Positions 1 to 10,736 of a DNA stretch of 64,000 nt are shown here, piece after piece. Each line of letters opens with the position of its first letter. The first letter of the stretch is position 1. The DNA is from Armatimonadota bacterium (GTDB lineage Bacteria; Armatimonadota; SYMT01): positions 64,001 to 128,000 of the forward strand of contig JAWLHY010000011.1 in the NCBI GenBank assembly GCA_041690135.1. The letters are read 5' to 3'. A program made the translations under genes and the position numbers. The notes beneath the pieces were generated by a model. The model saw only the letters and a list, made by a program, of their open reading frames with translations. It did not search any database and had not been told where the DNA came from.

Positions 1-72
1 CGAACCCCCGGAATGGAAGTTCCTTTGTGAATCGCCCCGGCGCATGCGTCCGTAGGGAAGGGGTGATAGAAA

Positions 73-1431
73 CTAGCCCGATCGCCGGCGGCCCACCTTC
101 CGAAACAGCTCCTCGATCGCCTCCACCGCCGTCGACACTCCGTCTTCCGCGCGCACCTGGCGGCCGACCTCTTCGGCCCGCCGAGCGTAGGCGGGTTCCT
201 CCAGCAGTGGCCGCAGCTCCCGCGCGGCCCGGACGGCGGAGTACCGGGCGCGGGACAGCGTCCGGCCCACGCCGAGCCGCGTGACCCGGTGCGCGTTGTC
301 CGGCTGGTCGTGCGCGAACGGGACCACCAGCATCGGCCGTCCGGAGCGCAGTGCCTGGCCCGTGGTGCCTACGCCGCCCTGGTGGACGATGGCCGCCGCG
401 CGGGGGAATAGCTCACTGTGGGGCGCGTAGTCGCAGGCGAACACCCCCTCCGGCAGGGGATCCGGCAGCCTGTTCCAGCCTTCCCGGCCGACGAGCAGCA
501 CGCTCCGTCGGCCCAGGCGGCGGCAGGCCTCCGCGCTCTCCAGGTAGAAGTCCCGCGCCACCGCGACCGCCGACGACCCGAGGGTGAAGACCACCGGCGG
601 CGGGCCCGCCTCCAGGAAGGCGGCCAGCTCCCGGGAGAGCCCCCGGCCCGGCTCGAGCCGGTCGTAGAACGGGAAGCCGGTGATCCGGGTGTGCGCCGGC
701 CAATCCGGCTTCGGCTCCCCCAGCACCCGTGAGAAGAGCGCCAGGTTGAGATAGGGGGAGAATTGCCCCTCGAACATCGGATGCCCGGCGGGGGCTAACC
801 CCAGCTCCGCCCGCAGCCGCTCCACCGGCGCCGCCCAGGGCCGGAACCGGTCCTTGCCCATCCGGAGCAGCGCCCCCATGACCTTCGGACCGAGTGCCGC
901 GAGCCGGATCAGCCATGGATGCTCCGGTGGGACCGGCGGGTCGTAGGCCGAGATGAAGATCAGCGGCTGCAGCACTGTGGCCACCCACGGCAGCCCCAGC
1001 TTCTCCGCCGCCAGTGGCGCCCCGTAGGTGATGGGGTGGGAGAGGAGCAGGTCCGCGCCCCTTGCCGCCGCCAAAAGGTCCTCATACTGCTCCCGCACCC
1101 GGGGCATCAGGAATTTCCGCAGCAGGAACGCCTGCCCGTCCTTCGGGTCCATGATCTTCGCGATCAGCTCCCGCGCCTCGCTCTCCGGCGGCAGCTCCGG
1201 CCGGACCGGATGGAACCCCAGCCCCTCCCCCTCGACCTTGGCCCGGTAGAACTCGCTCGTCGCCAGGACCGGCGTATGCCCCCGTGCCCTCAGCCCCAGG
1301 CCCAGCGCGATATAGGGGTGCAGATCCCCAAAGGAGCCGAAGGTCGCCAGAACGATCCGCTTCCCCCGTTGTGCTCCCGCCCACTCCGGCCCCGTCTCCC
1401 GGATCCTCCCGGCTGTCTCTGCTCCCGCCAT
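73..1431 (-). CDS. GT1 family UDP-glycosyltransferase (RhlB/sterol glucosyltransferase-like)
   Basis: N-terminal GSFGDLHP motif; C-terminal HQGGVGTT...PFAHDQPDNA sugar-nucleotide binding signature. Confidence 0.9.
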   Translation of the reverse strand: MAGAETAGRIRETGPEWAGAQRGKRIVLATFGSFGDLHPYIALGLGLRARGHTPVLATSEFYRAKVEGEGLGFHPVRPELPPESEARELIAKIMDPKDGQAFLLRKFLMPRVREQYEDLLAAARGADLLLSHPITYGAPLAAEKLGLPWVATVLQPLIFISAYDPPVPPEHPWLIRLAALGPKVMGALLRMGKDRFRPWAAPVERLRAELGLAPAGHPMFEGQFSPYLNLALFSRVLGEPKPDWPAHTRITGFPFYDRLEPGRGLSRELAAFLEAGPPPVVFTLGSSAVAVARDFYLESAEACRRLGRRSVLLVGREGWNRLPDPLPEGVFACDYAPHSELFPRAAAIVHQGGVGTTGQALRSGRPMLVVPFAHDQPDNAHRVTRLGVGRTLSRARYSAVRAARELRPLLEEPAYARRAEEVGRQVRAEDGVSTAVEAIEELFRKVGRRRSG

Positions 1432-1674
1432 CGGAAGCCCTCCCTCTGCTTGCGAAATATTTCACAAGTAGTATAGCCAGAGAGAAGGCCTCTGTAGCCA
1501 GTCACAGATCCAGACTCCGACAGGTGAACCGACATGCGGCAGCCCAGAGTGCAACAGCGCCGCCGTGTGCGATCTACACTCGTGCTCCATCGTGCCACGT
1601 GGTAGAGATCCCTTGTCCTATGCAGGACAATCGGGAACGCAAAGGGTATATATTGTGTCTAATGAGTGAAGGGC

Positions 1675-1938
1675 ATGAGTAAGGCGGAGAAAGTGCGAGA
1701 TATGGCACATACGCTACTGCCGGGTACCGCCGATCAGGTGGAAGTCCGCGAAGTTAGCGCCGCGGAAGGGCGAGAGATACTGGACCAGGCAGCGCGGCGC
1801 TACCTGAAGATGAGCGGTGAGGAGTTCCATCGCCGGTATGAGTCCGGAGAGTTGATGAACGGGGTAGAGCACCCAGAGGTGATGCGGGTTGCTATGCTGT
1901 TACCCTTCGCCTATCCGGGTGAGGGGAATGGCCGGTAA
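1675..1938 (+). CDS. Small hypothetical protein, antitoxin-like (start may be 1702)
   Basis: LDQAARRYLKMSGEEFHRRYESGEL resembles small antitoxin-type proteins; stop overlaps the next ATG (1928). Confidence 0.6.
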   Translation: MSKAEKVRDMAHTLLPGTADQVEVREVSAAEGREILDQAARRYLKMSGEEFHRRYESGELMNGVEHPEVMRVAMLLPFAYPGEGNGR

Positions 1939-2255
1939 GAATCCGAAAGAAGCGGTTATCAATTTTCTGAAACCGCGAGATCCTGGTGTTCCACTGGCAC
2001 CCGGCCGGCAAGAGCCACATCATCACGCCACACTTGCACATCGGCGCCGGGAGTGCGGAAAAGCTCCGCCAGGAAATTCAGGGGATGCATATCCCCACCC
2101 ACCGTGTTGCCATAGAAGATGTGGTACGGATGCTGATCCGGGAGTTTCGTGCGCAACCGCAAGTGGATGGCTGGGAGCAGGTTCTGGATGATGCTCAAGC
2201 ACGGTTCGAGCAGTGGCGCACGTGGAGTGGATCTGGTCCCCCACCAACAGAATGA
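1928..2255 (+). pseudogene. Frameshifted or internally deleted toxin-like gene (HWHP...PHLH family)
   Basis: RBS GAGGGG and ATG 1928 give MAGKNPKEAVINFLKP; the conserved-looking REILVFHWHP...PHLH...HIPTHRVAIEDV continues in another frame from about 1974. Confidence 0.55.
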
Positions 2256-2445
2256 CTCAAGCCGGTTAGGCGAGAGACTCATGAACCGCACGGACGGCCG
2301 AAGATGGGTCGCAAATCCGCCGCCGAATTACTCTGTGGCCTGCGAAAACTCCCCAGGAAGCGCGACGCCCGGTACCACCCTCGCCAGGTGGAAAAGATCG
2401 AAACGGTGACTTAGGCGCATTTACCCGACTTCCAGGCTTTAACAG

Positions 2446-3810
2446 TTATAGCACCAACCCGTCCAGCGGCTGATAACTGCTCTTCCTTGGGTTCCAGCGG
2501 GTGCCGCACATCTCGCTGATCACGGTCCACTCTCCGGCGGTCAGGTTGCCCTGGTGGTGGTACAGGAACCGCTGCAGCCCCGCCTCCCCGGCCGCTTCCA
2601 ACAGCAACTTCAGGTCCCGGGCGGACATCGGGTCGCCGTCGTGGGGGAAGCGGCCCGTGTCGACCCACGGGATGATCCGGGCGGGGTCGTCCACCGCTGC
2701 GAGCGATCGGTGGGTCTCGCGGGTCACCACCTGCTGGTAGAACTCCGGGCTCAGGGCGCACTCGAAGTCGCCGCGGTCCTCCACGCCCGGCAGCTCGATC
2801 CCGAACAGCAGCTCCACCACCGTCAGCGCGTCCCGGTCGCTCAGTGCCGGACTCCATTCGCAGAGGGTCTCCACGTAGCGGTACACCGTCCCCAGCAGAC
2901 CGTCGAAGCCCCGGTGAAAGAAGTAATGCTTGGGGTGGAGGTAGTCCATGCACCCGGCCAGGGCGCCGAGGTCCATGCCGGTGAGCCAGGCGAAGGCGGG
3001 CGTGCGGGGCCCCGTGCTGAGCTGCACGGGCCGGCTCACCTCCGCGTCCAGCAGGCTCCGCAGGCGCTGGAGGTAGCGGGTCATCGACTCCGCGCGGAAC
3101 TTCAGCCAGGCCAGCAGGTCGGGATCGCTGCCCAGGAGCTGGAAGGCGCCGAGCAGCCCGCCGCCCCGGCAGAGGTGGACGTCGCGCGGGGTGAGGGCAT
3201 GCAGCCGGGCGTGGAGACGCTCTTGCGCGGCGACGAGGGCCCGGTAATCGTAGCCGAGCTCCGCGCAGAGCGGCGCGATCTCGGGCGGCAGGTCGTGGAA
3301 GAAGTAGGGACGGTGGTTCAGGAAGTTGGGCGCAATCTCATAGCTCCACTCCGGGCCGTCCATCAGCGCCCCGTCCGCCATCGGGAACTGCTCCAGGGTG
3401 TCGACCATCCGCGCCACCCGGGCGCGCAGGCTCCGCTCGTCGTGCAGGTAATGGCCGTCTCCGCCGGGCCCCGCGCCGTTGTCGGCGTACATCACCATCA
3501 CGGTGAAGCCGCGCTCCTTCGCGGCCTGGAGCGTGTGCCTTAGCCGGGCGCGCTTCTCCGGCAGGGGAGTGGGCGAAGGCGGCGCCTCGACCCCGAGGCG
3601 GCGGTAGACCTCCGGGTTCGGCTCATAGGCGGGGGTGGGGGGCTCCTCGCCGCGCACGAACCGCCGGCCGGGCAGCAGCTTCTCCGTATTGAAGACCAGC
3701 GGCCCAATGACCATCCCCTCCACCCCGCCCTCGGCCCAGGCGTCGAAGATCCGCTCCGGGTCGGTCATCACCGACTCCAGGTCCCGCATCACATCCATCC
3801 AGAGCTTCAT
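2446..3810 (-). CDS. Hypothetical protein, possible TIM-barrel/glycoside-hydrolase-like fold
   Basis: 454-aa ORF with typical codon usage and upstream GGAGAGG RBS; DGALMDGPEW segment. Confidence 0.7.
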   Translation of the reverse strand: MKLWMDVMRDLESVMTDPERIFDAWAEGGVEGMVIGPLVFNTEKLLPGRRFVRGEEPPTPAYEPNPEVYRRLGVEAPPSPTPLPEKRARLRHTLQAAKERGFTVMVMYADNGAGPGGDGHYLHDERSLRARVARMVDTLEQFPMADGALMDGPEWSYEIAPNFLNHRPYFFHDLPPEIAPLCAELGYDYRALVAAQERLHARLHALTPRDVHLCRGGGLLGAFQLLGSDPDLLAWLKFRAESMTRYLQRLRSLLDAEVSRPVQLSTGPRTPAFAWLTGMDLGALAGCMDYLHPKHYFFHRGFDGLLGTVYRYVETLCEWSPALSDRDALTVVELLFGIELPGVEDRGDFECALSPEFYQQVVTRETHRSLAAVDDPARIIPWVDTGRFPHDGDPMSARDLKLLLEAAGEAGLQRFLYHHQGNLTAGEWTVISEMCGTRWNPRKSSYQPLDGLVL

Positions 3811-3955
3811 GGTTCCTCTCCATCACCCACCCATCAGGTTTGAGCGCTGCCACCGGGAAGGGAAAACCGTAACCGACCGCAAACACTTCCCGCAATAGGT
3901 CCGGCAACCGCCGGGAATTGTCCTGCGGCTTCTTGCCGCATCCGGAGTTTCCTCA

Positions 3956-4423
3956 ATGCGAGCCTGGATACTGGCCACGGGGGCGGCTGGGGTGCTGGTG
4001 ACGGCGGCCGCCATTCTCCCGGCCGCCTCCGAAGAGGGTGAGGCCGCGGAGCGCAAGAAACTCGAGGGCACCTGGCAGGGGTACGTGGTCAACGGCCGGG
4101 GCGAGCGGACCGACCGTGGCGTGGCGAAGCTGACGGAGCTGGTCATCACCGGCGACACCATCCGGGCCCGCGACGACAAGCTCAGCTTCGGGACCGGCAC
4201 CTACAAGCTGAACCTGGACAGTAACCCGCGCCACCTGGACCCCACCGGGACCGAGGGGCAGGTCAAGGGCCTGGCCTTTACCGGCATCTACACGCTGGAG
4301 GGCGACACCCTGAAGTGGTGCGTCGCCAATCCCCGTAAACCCCGCCCCACCGAGTACCGGACCCAGGCCGCCGTGCAGTTCTACATGGTCTTGAAGCGTA
4401 AACCGGCCGATAACCAGAGGTGA
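3956..4423 (+). CDS. TIGR03067 domain exported protein
   Basis: Signal peptide; LEGTW...GTYKL...GIYTLEGDTLKWC pattern. Confidence 0.85.
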   Translation: MRAWILATGAAGVLVTAAAILPAASEEGEAAERKKLEGTWQGYVVNGRGERTDRGVAKLTELVITGDTIRARDDKLSFGTGTYKLNLDSNPRHLDPTGTEGQVKGLAFTGIYTLEGDTLKWCVANPRKPRPTEYRTQAAVQFYMVLKRKPADNQR

Positions 4424-4576
4424 CCGGTGGCCAGGTAAAATGTTTTGAATTTCCCCTTCCGTTTATCTGCCTTTTCAGGGCTCTCGCTCTATACTGGAGA
4501 CAACTCGCGCCGGGGTTCCAGCCGGCGGCCGGAAGCAGAGGCGCGGGGGCGGTTGCTTGAGAAACGGAGCACGACC

Positions 4577-5308
4577 ATGCGTTCTGTTTGTAAGCGCGGC
4601 TTTACCCTGATTGAGCTTCTGGTAGTTATCGCGATTATAGCGATACTAGCTGCAATTCTGTTCCCGGTCTTTGCCAAGGCGCGCGAAGCCGCTCGCAAGA
4701 CCCAGTGCGTGAGCAACTGTAAGCAGATCGCTACGGCGATCTACATGTACGTGCAGGACTACGACGAGATTGTAGGTTTTGCCTACAACTATTGGGGGCC
4801 CGGTACCTACCCGGCCGGCAGCGTCAGTTACAACACCACCAATGGGCTGGTACCGCCCTCGGTCTACCTGTCGCCGTACATCAAGAACTTTGGCGTCTTT
4901 ACCTGCCCGAGTGCGACCCGCAAAACGCCCACGGCCGGTAACACGACGTACGGCTCGATGATCTCCAACTACGGTTGGAACTGGCAGATCACCTATATCC
5001 CTAACAGCTATCCTGCGTTCAGCACTCGCACCGGCCCGCTCTACGAAGGGGTGTCTCTGGCCATGCTCGATCGGCCCGCGGACACGGTGATCATGGGGGA
5101 TAGCAACCCCAATCGGCTCCAGGGCTCCTACATCTACCCGCACACCAACGCCTGGTCGGCGACCCAGGGTTACCAGGCAAAGCCGGTACGCCATAACGAG
5201 GGAGATAACTACATCTTCCTGGACGGGCACGCCAAGTGGTTCAAGGGGGAAACGATCCGGAACGCCGTCTGGACCTATAATGGCGGTGTCGGTACGACTT
5301 TCCCGTAG
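4577..5308 (+). CDS. Prepilin-type N-terminal cleavage/methylation (DUF1559) protein with H-x9-DG motif
   Basis: [39 protein letters not shown]; C-terminal [17 protein letters not shown]. Confidence 0.92.
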   Translation: MRSVCKRGFTLIELLVVIAIIAILAAILFPVFAKAREAARKTQCVSNCKQIATAIYMYVQDYDEIVGFAYNYWGPGTYPAGSVSYNTTNGLVPPSVYLSPYIKNFGVFTCPSATRKTPTAGNTTYGSMISNYGWNWQITYIPNSYPAFSTRTGPLYEGVSLAMLDRPADTVIMGDSNPNRLQGSYIYPHTNAWSATQGYQAKPVRHNEGDNYIFLDGHAKWFKGETIRNAVWTYNGGVGTTFP

Positions 5309-6535
5309 TTACACCCGGCGGAGTGAGAGGAGCGCCACCAGGACCGACGCCGACCCGATGATGGCGGTAAACAGCAGGAGGGTCGGCTGGAGTCCCAGGG
5401 CGTCCACGCCGCGGCCCACGGCGAGGATCGGCAGGGCCATGGTGGCATAGCCCGTGATGTAGAGGGCGGAGACGATCTCGCCCCGCCGGTCCGGAGGGGC
5501 CGCCTGGCTAACGACCGCCGCACTGCCGACGAAGGTGGCGCCGAACCCCGCCGCCGCGGCTATCGTGCCGAGCACGAACAACACGGACGAGGATAGGGCG
5601 GCGCCCGCCAGGCAGGCCGCCAGCCCGGCGGTCATCGCCAGCGGGCCCAACGAGAGCGTGCGCCGCGGGGGCTGCGGACCGGAAAAGAGCTGGGCGGTGC
5701 CCCCGCAGAACTGGAAGCCGACTACCACCAACCCCGCGAGCGCCGGGTTGCGGACGCCCAGGAGACGCGTGGCGAAAGTCGGCCCCAGCGCCGCGAAGAG
5801 ACTGCCGACCGACCACGAGAGGGCGAGCGCGCCCGCGGCCAGCAGGAATGAGCCGAGCATCGGGGAAGGGATCGAGACCCGCTGCGGCCGCCATTCCCGC
5901 AGGCGGAACACCGCCTGCGGCTCGGCCACGGGCCACCGGACGCGGTAGAGGGCGAGGGCCGTGCCTCCGGCGAGCGCCGCGACCAGTAGGAACGGCAGTT
6001 GCAGGGGCCACAGGTTGTAGTTCAGGCTCACTGCGGTCAAGGCCGGGCCGATCGCCGCGCCCTGGGTGAACCCGAGCGTGGCCAGGGTAGCCGCGCGCTG
6101 GCGGTTGCCGTTCGGTTCGACATCGACCAGTGCCGCACTGGCCGCGCCTACCAGGGCGCCCGTGCCGATACCTGCCAGCACGCGCGCCGCGACTAACCAC
6201 CGGAGGTCCCGCGCGAAGCAGAAGGCGAGCGCCCCGAGGGCCACCACGACCAGGGAAGGCACCATCACCCGCCGGCGTCCGATCCGGTCGGAAAGCGGCC
6301 CCACCAGGAGCATGGCAGCCAGCACGCCCACCGCATAGACGGCAAAAATCCCCGTCAGGGCGGAGGATGAGAACCCCCAGCGCTGTTGGTACAGGCTGTA
6401 GAGCGGGGAGACGACGTTGCTGCTGAGCGTGGCGATTACGATCGCCAGCGCCACGACCGCCGTCGCGGAAGAGCCGCCCGGGAGTTTTGTGGGCGCTTCC
6501 GGTCCGGCGGCCGCCGGGGTGTTCTGCTTCATCAA
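5309..6535 (-). CDS. MFS transporter
   Basis: About 12 hydrophobic segments; motif A GPLSDRIGRR. Confidence 0.92.
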   Translation of the reverse strand: MMKQNTPAAAGPEAPTKLPGGSSATAVVALAIVIATLSSNVVSPLYSLYQQRWGFSSSALTGIFAVYAVGVLAAMLLVGPLSDRIGRRRVMVPSLVVVALGALAFCFARDLRWLVAARVLAGIGTGALVGAASAALVDVEPNGNRQRAATLATLGFTQGAAIGPALTAVSLNYNLWPLQLPFLLVAALAGGTALALYRVRWPVAEPQAVFRLREWRPQRVSIPSPMLGSFLLAAGALALSWSVGSLFAALGPTFATRLLGVRNPALAGLVVVGFQFCGGTAQLFSGPQPPRRTLSLGPLAMTAGLAACLAGAALSSSVLFVLGTIAAAAGFGATFVGSAAVVSQAAPPDRRGEIVSALYITGYATMALPILAVGRGVDALGLQPTLLLFTAIIGSASVLVALLSLRRV

Positions 6536-6883
6536 GGCGGGGCTACTTCATGGGGTCGAGACGACGGGCCGCGGAGCGAAATACTTCAGGGCGACATACG
6601 AGTATTGCCGTTCGGCCCCGCCCCGGCAACGGCCGGAGTATAGCCTGCCGAAGCATTTGCTCGGCGTCAGGAGTTACCAGACAAGTCCGCGACCGGGCAC
6701 CCGGGTACCCACTTGTGGGTGTGGTGGGGACTTCGTGTTTTTTCAGGTGCGGTTTCAACCGCCGAGGATGAAGCCGGCGTTGAAGCAATAGACGTCGTCT
6801 GTGAAAAAACGCCCTCGGTCGGCGCAACAATTGCGCTATAATTCTTTCCAGGGCCAACCCGGCCCGGAAGGAGGTGAGCCCAT

Positions 6884-7216
6884 GTGAAACGGACGCAGGG
6901 CGCCCCTCCGGTGACGCTGTGTGTCGTAACGACCTTTCTGCTGGTGCTGCATGTCATGACGATCGTCTATGTCCGGCGTCAGATTCCGAAGCTCGAAGCG
7001 CGCGTGCAGCAGGCGTCGCCGCGGACCGCTCTCCACCGTAACTTCGAAAGCGACGGCATTCCACTCCGCTACCGCCCCTCCGGCACCCTATCCGGGGACG
7101 CGGGGCTACTGGCGGGGTTCCGGGAGATCAACGGCGCGCTCCCGAAGTATCTCTGGCTGACGGGTCTTTTCTTCCTCGGCAGCCTGGTCTGGCTCAAAGC
7201 GCCGCGAAGCAGTTAA
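6884..7216 (+). CDS. Small hypothetical membrane protein
   Basis: GGAGGTG RBS upstream; two hydrophobic segments; followed by a terminator. Confidence 0.65.
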   Translation: MKRTQGAPPVTLCVVTTFLLVLHVMTIVYVRRQIPKLEARVQQASPRTALHRNFESDGIPLRYRPSGTLSGDAGLLAGFREINGALPKYLWLTGLFFLGSLVWLKAPRSS

Positions 7217-7251
7217 GCACGCACTTATTTCCCATCATTCATTCCGATCTG

Positions 7252-7275
7252 GCGCCCCACCCGGGGCGCTTTTTT
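7252..7275 (+). terminator. Rho-independent terminator
   Basis: GCGCCCC-ACCC-GGGGCGC hairpin followed by TTTTTT. Confidence 0.8.
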
Positions 7276-7519
7276 CGGTCACCCTGCATCCTCGCCGGCT
7301 GGTTGGTTTGTTTCAAAGACTCCCGAGCATTGCCGGCCGCATCTTCCGCTTCCTGCTGCGCTGCGGCTGAACGGGCTCTTGGTGAACGGCATGGACTCTG
7401 CCCTTGCACCGATGGAGGACAGGCTTTCTGATGCTTGCCTCGCAGTGGCTTCGCACCTGTCTTGCCAGGTGGGGTACCGCATTCCTCGGCGTATGCGAAA
7501 CCGCGAGGCCAATGATCCA

Positions 7520-9292
7520 CTACTCGGTGGGAAGGCGGATGGTACCTTCCACGGGCAGATGATCGGATAGCGTCACGTTCGGAACGCGCGCCGTCACCGG
7601 CTGGAGATCCGGGCTGGCCCAGAGGAGATCCAGACGCCGGACCGGGCGGTTAGCGCGGAAGGTGGGCTCCGTACCCTCGCCGGTGGCTGCGGCTACATCG
7701 ACCAGACCCGAGGCCTGGAGTGCCGCGTAAGGCTCCGTGCCGGGGGGCGCGTTGAAGTCTCCGACAATCAGCGTGCGCGGCCGGCCGTTCCGAAAGTGCG
7801 CCAGGGCTTGTGCCTGCGCCGTGCCGTCGCGCTCCCAGTGCCCCGCCAGGTGCGTGCCGATGAACAGCAGGTCTCCGCGCGTGGTGGTAACCCTCGCCCA
7901 GACGAAGCCCCGCCCGGAGGCGCCGTTCCGGGCGGGGAAGCGCTGGTAGCCCCAATCCTCTACGGGAAGACGGGTGAGCAGCAGGTTGCCGCCCAGATCG
8001 TCGCGGGCCGGCCCGTAGAGCACGCGGTACTCCGGCAGGCGGCGGTCCAGGTACGCGACCATGTCGATGCCGCCCTGGGCGAGGTCGCCCCGGCTGATCT
8101 CCTGAAGGGCGACGAGGTCCGGACGGCGCGCCTCCAGGAAGCCGGCGATCGCCGGAAGCGACGGGCGTCCCCGCACGTCGTAGCCGTACTGGAGATTATA
8201 GGAGAGGACGCTCAGCTCCGTGCGGTCCGGCGCCGCCTGCGTCTCCCGTACCGGGGGAATATGCCACCCGAGCGCGAGCCCGGCCGTCGCGGTGAGGGCC
8301 GTCCCCTTGAACGCCATTCTCCCGGGCACAGGCGGCAGGGCTTCCTGGGGCCGGCGCAGTGCCGGCAAAGCCAGAAGGAAGGCTGCGGCCACCCACGCTT
8401 CGGGCCGGCTGAAGTATGGGGGAGCGTAATAGAAGGCGGTTAACAGGATAAAGAAGAAGGCTCCCCAGGCCCAGCCCCGGTAAACGGAAGCGGCGGAACC
8501 ACGTCGATCATGAAATGCCTGCGCCAGACCCACAGTGGCTCCCACCTGCAGCAGAGCCAGGGCGAGCGCGCGGGGAAACTCCGGCAGGAGCAGGAGCAGG
8601 GCCGCGACCGGCGCCGTGGCGGCGAGGAAACCCGGTATGACGGGGAGCAAGCCGAGCGTGGCCAGGAGTCCGGCCAGGATAAAGGCCGCCGCAGGAAGGA
8701 AGGTCCACCCTTCTAACTGCGCTACTCGCCCTGGGTTCGATAGCAGGGTCAACTGGAGGAATAAATAGGGTCCCAGTAGCACCGGGCCCCAGAACGGGCC
8801 ACTGTTCCGCTCCGGGGCCACTGCGTCCGCGGGCTCACCCCAGCTCCCCGCGGCTAATGTTCCGAGGAACAGCCCGAGGAGGACAACCGTTCCCAGCAGG
8901 GCCGGCAGCGAGGCCAATGCGGGAAGGTCCAGCCCGTGCAGAAAGGTCCGCAGGCCCACGTCTGCCGCGATTCCCAGCAGGAGCCCCGGTACAGCGAGCC
9001 GGAGTTCCCCCAAACGGGACATCTCCGCCAGCCAGGCCGGCAGCCATGCGAACCATGCGGCGGCCGCGGCGATCGCGAGCCAGGCGCTCCCCTGGGGATC
9101 CGGCCACATGCGGCTGCCGATCCAGAAAATGCCGAAGAGAGCCGCCAGCCCCTGCTCCGGTCGCCGGGATCCCGTCCGACGGGCGAGGGGACCGGCCATC
9201 ACTCCGGCCCCGATCACGGTCAATACGGCCAGGAGCAGGAACGGGGTGGAGAAGTAGATCCGGATGTTCCAGACCACGAAGCCAAAGAACAT
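7520..9292 (-). CDS. Multi-pass membrane protein with C-terminal endonuclease/exonuclease/phosphatase (EEP) domain; start uncertain
   Basis: Many TM helices, then SYNL..., DLVALQE, GDFN, LDLLW and SDHLPV EEP motifs. Confidence 0.85.
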   Translation of the reverse strand: MFFGFVVWNIRIYFSTPFLLLAVLTVIGAGVMAGPLARRTGSRRPEQGLAALFGIFWIGSRMWPDPQGSAWLAIAAAAAWFAWLPAWLAEMSRLGELRLAVPGLLLGIAADVGLRTFLHGLDLPALASLPALLGTVVLLGLFLGTLAAGSWGEPADAVAPERNSGPFWGPVLLGPYLFLQLTLLSNPGRVAQLEGWTFLPAAAFILAGLLATLGLLPVIPGFLAATAPVAALLLLLPEFPRALALALLQVGATVGLAQAFHDRRGSAASVYRGWAWGAFFFILLTAFYYAPPYFSRPEAWVAAAFLLALPALRRPQEALPPVPGRMAFKGTALTATAGLALGWHIPPVRETQAAPDRTELSVLSYNLQYGYDVRGRPSLPAIAGFLEARRPDLVALQEISRGDLAQGGIDMVAYLDRRLPEYRVLYGPARDDLGGNLLLTRLPVEDWGYQRFPARNGASGRGFVWARVTTTRGDLLFIGTHLAGHWERDGTAQAQALAHFRNGRPRTLIVGDFNAPPGTEPYAALQASGLVDVAAATGEGTEPTFRANRPVRRLDLLWASPDLQPVTARVPNVTLSDHLPVEGTIRLPTE

Positions 9293-9344
9293 CCGGATCG
9301 CTTGCAGGCCCAGCCACAGGCCCAGGGCGGTTGCCAGGAGCGCG

Positions 9345-10736
9345 CTATTTCTCCGCGAGACAGTACAGGTACTGGCGTCCCCGGAGGAAGAGCTCGTTTC
9401 CGGCGATGGCGGGCGACGCGTCGAACCCGTCGTCCAGCTTGTTCGTGGCGAGCGTCTCGAGCTTGTCGCCATCTTTGATCACCACGGCGGCGCCGTTCCG
9501 GCCGATCAGGTAAACGCGCCCGCCGGCGGCCACGGGCGAGGCATACACCCCCTGCAGCGCCGGGATCCGCTCGGCGTCGATCAGCGGCTTTCCGGCTTTC
9601 GCGTCCCAGCAGGAGAGTATGCCGCTATTGCTGCCGAAAAAGTACAGCCGGTTTCCGGAAAGCAGCGGGGAGGGCACGTAGGGCGTGGTCCGGTTGTGGC
9701 TCCAGGCTACCGCGTCCGTCCCGGTAAGGTCGCCCTCGCGTCCCAACCGCACCGCGATCAGCGCGTTGCCACGGAACCCGCTGGTGAGGTAGACCATCCC
9801 GTCCGCCGATACGGGGCTGGGGATGGCGTTCTGCGTCAGTCCGGCGTGTTCCCAAACCAGCTTGCCGGTTTGCAGGTCGTAGGTGCGGACTCGCTCCGTA
9901 CCGGGGGTGATGACCTGCGCCTTGCCGTTGTGTTCCACGATCAGCGGCGTGGCCCACGTGGTCGGCTCCTGCCGCGGCTGCCGCCACAGCTCCTTGCCGG
10001 TGGTGGCGTCCAGTGCCACGATGAAGTCCTCGCCTTCGTGGTCCCAGGTCACCACGAGCGTGTTGCCGTGCAGCGCGGGGGAACTGCCCTCGCCGAAGCC
10101 GGCGCGCGTCTGCATCTTGCCGAGCTGCTTCGACCACTTCAGGTTGCCGCGCATATCGTAGCAGTAGAGGCCGCGGGAGCCGAAGAAGGCGTAGACGTAC
10201 TTGCCGTCCGTGACGGAGGAGAACGACGCGAAGCCGTGGTCCTGGTGGTGCCCCTCGTGCGGGAGTTCTTCCTTCGCCACTTTCTCCCACAGCGTCTTGC
10301 CGGTCTGCCGGTCCAGGCACAGCAGCACGAACCGGTAGGGCTGCGTCGGCTTGATGGAGCGGGGCCGTCCCCCCTCCGCGCCCGCGTCCGGGGCCGGGGG
10401 CGGAGGTGTGCCCACCGGCACCGCCGTCTGGATGAAGACCTGGTTGCCCCAGATGACCGGGGTGCCCGCGCCGTGGCCGGGCAGTTTCAGCTTCCACTTC
10501 ACGTTGCTGGATTCGCTCCAGGAAACGGGCGGATTGGCGTGGGGCGCCACGCCGGTGGCGAGGGGCCCGCGCCACTGCGGCCAGTCCTTGCCAGCCGCGG
10601 GAGCGGCAATCGCTTCGGATGCGGTCCAGGCGGTCAGCTCGGGCAGCGCCGCCAGCACTCCCAGGGAGGTCAGGCCTCCCAGGACGCGCCGCCGGGAAAG
10701 CGGGGAGACAGGGCTCTTCGGGTTCGGATCGGTCAT
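9345..10736 (-). CDS. Tat-exported PQQ-binding-like beta-propeller protein (BamB-like)
   Basis: SRRRVL Tat motif; DWPQWRGP; repeated D..TGK..W blades. Confidence 0.9.
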   Translation of the reverse strand: MTDPNPKSPVSPLSRRRVLGGLTSLGVLAALPELTAWTASEAIAAPAAGKDWPQWRGPLATGVAPHANPPVSWSESSNVKWKLKLPGHGAGTPVIWGNQVFIQTAVPVGTPPPPAPDAGAEGGRPRSIKPTQPYRFVLLCLDRQTGKTLWEKVAKEELPHEGHHQDHGFASFSSVTDGKYVYAFFGSRGLYCYDMRGNLKWSKQLGKMQTRAGFGEGSSPALHGNTLVVTWDHEGEDFIVALDATTGKELWRQPRQEPTTWATPLIVEHNGKAQVITPGTERVRTYDLQTGKLVWEHAGLTQNAIPSPVSADGMVYLTSGFRGNALIAVRLGREGDLTGTDAVAWSHNRTTPYVPSPLLSGNRLYFFGSNSGILSCWDAKAGKPLIDAERIPALQGVYASPVAAGGRVYLIGRNGAAVVIKDGDKLETLATNKLDDGFDASPAIAGNELFLRGRQYLYCLAEK

